64,000 nucleotides of DNA from the human T2T-CHM13v2.0 reference genome, Homo sapiens: NCBI RefSeq assembly GCF_009914755.1, contig NC_060925.1. One strand, 5' to 3'. Positions 57,583-64,000 of this stretch are shown piece by piece. Each line of letters opens with the position of its first letter. The stretch's first letter is position 1. Under the pieces are notes generated by a model, which did no database searches, was not told the DNA's origin, and saw nothing but the letters and a program-made list of their open reading frames with translations. A program made the position numbers and the translations under genes.

Positions 57583-60500
57583 ATGGCAGAGGGTGAGGAT
57601 ATGCAGACCTTCACTTCCATCATGGACGCACTGGTCCGCATCAGTGTGAGTTAAGGTGGGGTCGAGGGAAGGGGAGGGGGCGTATAGGGTTCTGGGGCAA
57701 GCTGGGACCTGGAACAGGTGGGGATCCAGGAAGATGCTGGGATGTAGACAGGGGGCTAGCGATGGCAGAAACGGCTGGGAGGGTCGGGATGCAGGTATGA
57801 GAGGGTAATCCCGGGAGCAGCCCGGAGGTGAGTGCCGTGAAGGCGTCGGTGTGCTGGAGCGTGAGGAGGAGCTAGGAGCAGCCCAGACGCAGCGGGTGGG
57901 CTGGGGTGGCCTCCAGCAGTGCACCGGGGCTGGGGCTTCAGGGGAAAGGCCCTGTTATGAGAAGAGGGACGTGTGAGCTTGGATATTTTCCAAGAAAACT
58001 GAGGACAGGTGGGGGATGATGTAGGAGCCGCCCCACAGTGCAGTTCCCAATTTGGACCCCTCCCCAAGACCCCACCCCACGCACCCCCACTCAGGGCTGC
58101 TTCCGAGCCTGCGGTTGTCATGGCAACCCGTGCCTGGCTCTCCCAGGGGCGGTGCCAACCGTGTTCCCCCCCACCACTTCCTCCCCCCCTCCTTGTTCCT
58201 CCCTCCTTTGTGTCAGCTGCGCCCCTGACCGGGATGGCTGCGAAGAGAGGGACCAAGGTGAGGTGTGGGGGTGGGGCATAGCCTGAGGACCCCCACTCTC
58301 GCCACCAAGAGGGGGAGGGGACTTCCGGTGGGGAGGGGGCGAGTAGGCGGGGCTCTTGATTCCCCCGCTAGTTCGGAGAAGGGGGTGCCGCTGACCGGGT
58401 TGCGCTGCGGGAGAGGGCGGGAGGGCCTGATGGGGGCGAAGGGGAATGGGTTGGTAAGACCGATGGGGAAGTGAAGGATGGGGAATGGAGGCTGGAGTGG
58501 CCGCAGGCCGGAGCTGCGGCAGGAGGACGTATGGAGCGAGCAGGATGGAGTGCCAACCTCGCCTGGCTATCGGGAGGAATCACGGCATGGGGGTGCTGCT
58601 AGAGAAGGGAGTGGGGGTCTGCATGGAGCTGCAGAATGGGCGGTGTCCTTGAGAAAAATGCCAGGGGCAAGCTGCCCAGAGATGGGGGATGGAGGCAGGT
58701 GAGGGGGCTGCCAGCTGGGGCTACTGCAGCTGGAGAAATGGGGATTGGGCTTGAGGCTGGAGCAGGCACAAGCTCCAACCGTCCCTCCTCTGGGCCTTTA
58801 GCTCTGCAGCGGGGAAAGAGAAGCAAGGGACAGAGGTCTGGGAAGGTCTGTGAACCAGCCCAAGGCAGGTGCTCTGGAAAAGCTGCAGGTAGCTTGTCTT
58901 GCTCCTTCCTCAGACCCCTAGGGTATCCAAGGGCAGCCAAGGGGCTGCTGAGGTATGCCTAAGTGTCCAAGCGCTGACCTAGCCTCCTGGTCCCTCCACA
59001 GACCAGCATGAAGAACATGGAGAAGGAACTGCTGTGCCCAGTGTGTCAAGAGATGTACAAGCAGCCACTGGTGCTGCCCTGTACCCACAACGTGTGCCAG
59101 GCCTGTGCCCGAGAGGTCTTGGGCCAGCAGGGCTACATAGGACATGGTGGGGACCCCAGCTCCGAGCCCACCTCTCCTGCCTCCACCCCTTCCACCCGCA
59201 GCCCCCGCCTCTCCCGCAGAACTCTCCCCAAGCCAGACCGCCTGGACCGGCTGCTTAAGTCAGGTGGGACTGGGGCCTGTAGGGTGGGGATGGGAACGCT
59301 GAGCTATTCATCAGGAAGATGGAAGAAGTCCATCACTGGTCAGAGGCATCTGTCTGTCTTTCTGGGGGGTGGAGATACTGCTTACGCAGGCTCTAATGAG
59401 AGCTGAGCTCTGGCACAATGAAAATCTAATTTAATTAAACAGGCTTCCCCACACCCAGCCAGCTGTAACTCTCATGTCCTCTACCTCCCTGGTTCACCCA
59501 CAGGCTTTGGGACATACCCTGGGAGGAAGCGAGGTGCTTTGCACCCCCAAGTGATCATGTTCCCGTGCCCAGCCTGCCAAGGTGATGTGGAGCTTGGGGA
59601 GCGGGGTCTGGCAGGGCTTTTCCGGAACCTGACCCTGGAGCGTGTGGTGGAGCGGTACCGCCAGAGTGTGAGTGTGGGAGGTGCCATCCTGTGCCAGTTG
59701 TGCAAGCCCCCACCACTAGAGGCCACCAAGGGCTGCACAGAGTGCCGCGCCACCTTCTGCAATGAGTGCTTCAAGCTCTTCCACCCCTGGGGCACCCAGA
59801 AGGCCCAGCATGAGCCCACCCTGCCTACCCTCTCCTTCCGACCCAAGGTGAGCCAGCCCTTCCAAGGCCTGGGGAGGGAGGGACATGCTGCTGCAGGTGG
59901 GTGGGGGTGCCTGGCATTGTGGGTTTCCAAAAGGAAGTGGGAAGGGTTTTCCAATGCTAAGCACCTATCTCTGTAATCTGTCACAAAGTCACTGGACAAA
60001 TCATTCAACAACTTTGGGCCTCCATCTCATTTACATCCCTGTAGGGGGATGGTAGTATCTGCCCTGCAATGTCCATACCTAAAGGGTTGCTGAGAGGATG
60101 GTGTGAGATAATGTTTGTTCACTAAAAAGTGTTACCTGCACACTGAAAAGGTCTGTGTGCATTCACTCACTGAACAAATATTTATTGAGCACCTATGTGC
60201 ATGGTGCTATTCTAGGTGTTGGAGATACAGCAGTAAACAAGATGGACAAGGTTAATTATTAACTACCAGGCAAAGATTAATTGGCATCATTATTACTGTT
60301 ATTACCATATATCCCAATGAGAGAGATGAAGGGAGGTGCAATGCTGGTGAAATGGGCACCGCCCGGAGACTGCAGGAAAGGCTCTTTGATGCCAGTATGT
60401 ACCACCAGGTGGCACTGTGGAGCACCACCAGCGGATGTCTCCACTCCCATCTTGCCAGTGGAGGAGGGCACCAAACTGCTGTAGTGGTAGCATAGCACCC

Positions 60501-63500
60501 TTACCCACACCATTGTCTGACCATCACATTGTTCTTTGTGTCCCTAGGGCCTTATGTGCCCAGACCACAAGGAAGAGGTGACCCACTACTGCAAGACATG
60601 CCAACGCCTGGTATGTCAACTCTGCCGGGTGCGGCGCACCCACAGCGGGCACAAGATCACACCAGTGCTCAGTGCCTACCAGGCCCTCAAGGTAAGGACC
60701 CCCCTTATCCAACCCTAGTGCTAACTCACACTCTTACCCTCTTGCACCTCCTCCCAACTGCTGGCTTCTGCAGAGCTGGGCTTGATGCCCACCTCTTTCT
60801 TCCCCCTCAGGACAAGCTGACAAAGAGCCTGACATACATCCTGGGAAACCAGGACACGGTACAGACCCAGATCTGTGAGCTGGAGGAGGCCGTGAGGCAC
60901 ACCGAGGTGAGGGAGGGCACAGAGGTAGGCCCTGGGCCCTGCCTGGGAGTAGGGGCAGGAAGGGGGTGTGGGTGATCATGACCCAATCACCTTGTTGCTA
61001 GCTCAGGAAGCCCGTGAGGTGTCCAGGTTCTGGTTAAACCAGGTTTGCAGGAACACCAGTGCCCCAGGCCAGGCTGTACCTGGGCTGCAGGAGGGGGCAG
61101 GGTGGCTATAGCTCAGGAGAGTGCTCGAAAAACCCCATGCATAGCTCAAAAAACCCCACGCGTAGCTCAGATGCTCTCAGGCTCAGGTGCCTACCGAGGA
61201 TGTCACGCATTCCCAGTGCTAGAGTGAGGTGATGACTGATACCTTCTGCCAGGTTGCTTGAGCTGGCTGACATGGGGATGGACAACTAAGGATGGCATAG
61301 ATGCCAGTGGACATTAATTAGTGCAGTCCAAGTGGACATTAGGGTAGCCATGGCCTCGTTCATTTGGATGAGTCACTAAGGGGCAGAGATTATGATGTGG
61401 GGTTCCGGGAAGGTTGGCACAAATGACCAGGAGTTGAGTCCATCTAGAGGTGCCTTTGCAGCCATGAGCCCAGGCCCTGTAGGAATGGGTGAGTAGGATT
61501 TCCCCAGATCCCTTGTGACCTTAGCCATGCTGTGGCATCCAAGGAGGCCAGCACAAGTGCTGCCTCCAAAAAGAAGATAGTAAGTCACGCATCCTTTGGG
61601 TGTTGCTCCCTGGGCAGGTGAGTGGTCAGCAGGCCAAGGAGGAGGTGTCGCAGCTGGTGCGGGGGCTGGGGGCTGTGCTGGAGGAGAAGCGGGCATCACT
61701 GCTTCAGGCCATTGAAGAATGCCAGCAGGAGCGGCTGGCCCGTCTCAGCGCCCAGATCCAGGAGCACCGGAGCCTGCTGGATGGCTCAGGTCTGGTGGGC
61801 TATGCCCAGGAAGTACTTAAGGAAACAGACCAGCCTTGCTTTGTGCAAGCCGCCAAGCAGCTGCACAACAGGTACTCAGGGGCATGGGCTCCTAGGGGGG
61901 CAGGGACATCATGGATGTGACCAACATCTAGGACAATGTCTACAGTACTGCCAGGTGGAGAACTGGCATTCTAAGGATTCTCATGAGGCCAAACTGATAC
62001 CAGCTCCCAAAGCAGTTCCCAAGGCTCTAGGGGCAAGCAAGACAGAATTGAGGGGAAGGGAGACTGCCCACATGGCAGTGCCTGACCCTTTCTTGCCCCC
62101 ATCCCAGGATTGCCCGAGCCACTGAAGCCCTCCAGACATTCCGGCCAGCTGCCAGCTCCTCCTTCCGCCATTGCCAGCTCGACGTGGGACGTGAGATGAA
62201 GCTGCTGACAGAGCTTAACTTCCTGCGAGGTAAGGAGATGGCCAGGCCCCATGCCCAACCAGAGCCTTCTTCCCTTCCTCCCCAGCAGCGGGCCCGGGGG
62301 GCAGTGCCTACCGGGGACCTCCCCGGCCTCCTGCCCGGCCTGGCCAGCCATTCCTCCCACCCAGCCCACCCTGCCACACCGTCCTACCGCGCTCAGCGCT
62401 GCTTCTCCCTCTCTTTGTTTGTAGGCTGTGGCCACCGCGGACTCTGCTCCGGAGCACCCCAGGCAAGTCAGCGGCCCTGCCCCGGGGGCCCTGCCCGCCG
62501 CCGGGCCCCCTTCCCACCCCGCTGCTCCCACGCATCTCAGCCAACCACTCATTGCTTCCTTCTCTTTCCTGCCTTGCCCCGACCTCGTGGTCCTCCCACT
62601 GGACCAATGCCCTGTCTCCCTTCTGCCTTCTTCAGGCGCTTGCGTAATCCTGGCCCTTCTGACCTTTTGTCCTTGTGACCCTTGCCCTCTGGCCTTGCAC
62701 TTCCTTTCCCTTGACCTCCAACCCCTGCCCTCAGCTTTTGCTGTCCCTCTGTTGTCCCCACTTTCCACCTCGCTGCCTCCTAAATCTCTCTTCTGAGCCT
62801 GGTCCCCTTCCTTCCTGCTCAGCGCCCTCTTGCCTGTGGGCTCCAGTGGCCTTTGCCTGCCCCTCCCTGGGGCTCCTCTTAATTCATAGAATAACTGAGC
62901 TGCAAGGGCCCCCAGAACTTACCTGATCTGATACCCTCATTTGACAGGGGAGGAAACTGAGGCCCAGAAAGGGGAAGTGACTTATTCCAGGCCAGAGTGA
63001 GGTAGCAGCAGCCCAGAACTAGCACACAGGTGTCCTGACCCCCAGCCCAGCGCTTTCCTGCCTCGTTCTCTCTTGGGCCCTGCCCTACCCCTCCTGTGCC
63101 CAGTTCCCAGATGAGCCCTTCCCCAGCTCCCTCTCACCCACACTCACCCCCCCGGCTCCCGCTGCTTTCCCTTTTCCTGCCTGCCCCTGCCCTCCATGCC
63201 AGGCCAGTGGCCAGGCCCTGACTGACACCCGCTGTCTCTTCCAACAGTGCCTGAGGCCCCCGTCATTGACACCCAGCGCACCTTTGCCTATGATCAGATC
63301 TTCCTGTGCTGGCGGCTGCCCCCCCATTCACCACCTGCCTGGCACTATACCGTTGAGTTCCGGCGCACGGATGTGCCTGCTCAGCCAGGCCCCACCCGCT
63401 GGCAGCGGCGGGAGGAGGTGAGGGGCACCAGTGCCCTGCTTGAGAACCCCGACACGGGCTCTGTGTATGTGCTGCGTGTCCGCGGCTGCAACAAGGCCGG

Positions 63501-63550
63501 CTACGGCGAATACAGTGAAGATGTGCACCTGCACACGCCCCCGGCACCTG
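57583..63550 (+). CDS. TRIM46: Tripartite motif protein 46 (RING, B-boxes, coiled coil/COS, FN3), 5' part; gene continues beyond the window
   Basis: Exons 57583-57645, 59002-59263, 59504-59847, 60548-60691, 60811-60906, 61618-61871, 62108-62229 and 63248-63550, with consistent phases. Translation [56 protein letters not shown]..., then B-box [15 protein letters not shown] and FN3 [12 protein letters not shown]...[14 protein letters not shown]. Confidence 0.97.
58114..58127. promoter_or_regulatory. RFX X-box
   Basis: GTTGTCATGGCAAC, one mismatch from the palindrome GTTGCCATGGCAAC. Confidence 0.75.
58234..58257 (+). CDS. TRIM46: Candidate alternative first coding exon of TRIM46 (MAAKRGTK)
   Basis: gggATGG Kozak context, 8 codons, then an AAG|GTGAGG donor in phase 0, compatible with exon 2. 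Confidence 0.6.
60402..60416 (+). promoter_or_regulatory. CTCF-like motif in TRIM46 intron 3
   Basis: CCACCAGGTGGCACT matches the CTCF core. Confidence 0.6.
62425..62462 (+). other. TRIM46: 38-nt frameshifting cassette (poison) exon of TRIM46 with GC donor
   Basis: Acceptor ttctccctctctttgtttgtAG and donor CAG|GCAAGT. Inclusion puts TGA at 63419-63421 in frame. Confidence 0.75.
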
Positions 63551-64000
63551 GTGAGTGGGCAGGCACAGGTGGTCGTGCAAAGGGCATGGGGTATGCCAGG
63601 GCCTAGGCCCTGACGGTTGGTTCCGGTGGCCGCTAGAGAGGCCATATAACATAGTAGGTCTCACACACACTAGCTCTGGAGCTAGACTGCTTGGGTTCAA
63701 ATCCCAGCTCTGCCTCTTGCCAACTGTGTGGGTGGCTTCTGGCAAGTTTTTACCCTCTCTGAACTTCAGAGTCCTTTTCTGTAGGGATAACGATAATACT
63801 GGCCAGGTGCAGCGGCTCATGCCTGTAATCCTAGCACTTTGGGAGGCCAAGGAGGGAGGATTGCTTGAGGCCAGGAGTTCAAGACCAACCTGGCCAACAC
63901 AGCGAGACCCGATCTCTAAAAAAATAAATAGGCCAGGCGAGGTAGCTCATGCCTGTAATCCCAGCACTTTGGGAGGCCGAGGCGGGCGGATCACAAGGTC

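Noticed and set aside
61123-61170. Imperfect ~21-bp tandem duplication (AAAAACCCCAYGCRTAGCTC) in TRIM46 intron 5
   Set aside because: Only two degenerate copies; an ordinary slippage product with no evidence of function.
61971-63850. 265- and 195-aa minus-strand ORFs in TRIM46
   Set aside because: Antisense shadows of coding exons and pyrimidine-rich intron; one begins in an Alu.

Overview
This is primate (apparently human) genomic DNA from the 1q22 EFNA1-TRIM46 region, not a microbial window. It contains complete EFNA1 (+, 5 exons, 205 aa), SLC50A1/SWEET1 (+, 6 exons, 221 aa), DPM3 (-, 92 or 122 aa) and KRTCAP2 (-, 5 exons, 136 or 162 aa). It also contains the 5' part of TRIM46 (+), head-to-head with KRTCAP2. 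Exon lengths and phases were checked by hand and add up to the expected proteins. The intergenic DNA is very Alu-dense. It also holds Y1 RNA and U7 snRNA pseudogenes, an HMGN2 retrocopy nested in an old L1MA element, THE1/MLT LTRs and a MER47-type DNA transposon. I found no self-contained novel multi-gene system. The best leads are: (1) a four-site NF-kB cluster about 3 kb upstream of EFNA1; (2) a U12-type intron in KRTCAP2; (3) a 38-nt GC-donor poison exon, a recursive-splice-like junction and an RFX-linked alternative first exon in TRIM46; (4) a self-palindromic 27-bp AT minisatellite; (5) an open L1-endonuclease/HMGN2/Alu chimeric ORF; (6) a TSD-flanked LTR-derived micro-retrocopy; (7) a templated 45-bp insertion inside an Alu; (8) shared XBP1/CREB3-type motifs across a glycosylation-gene neighbourhood. 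Repeat subfamily names and SNP or pseudogene identifiers are from memory and were not checked against a database.
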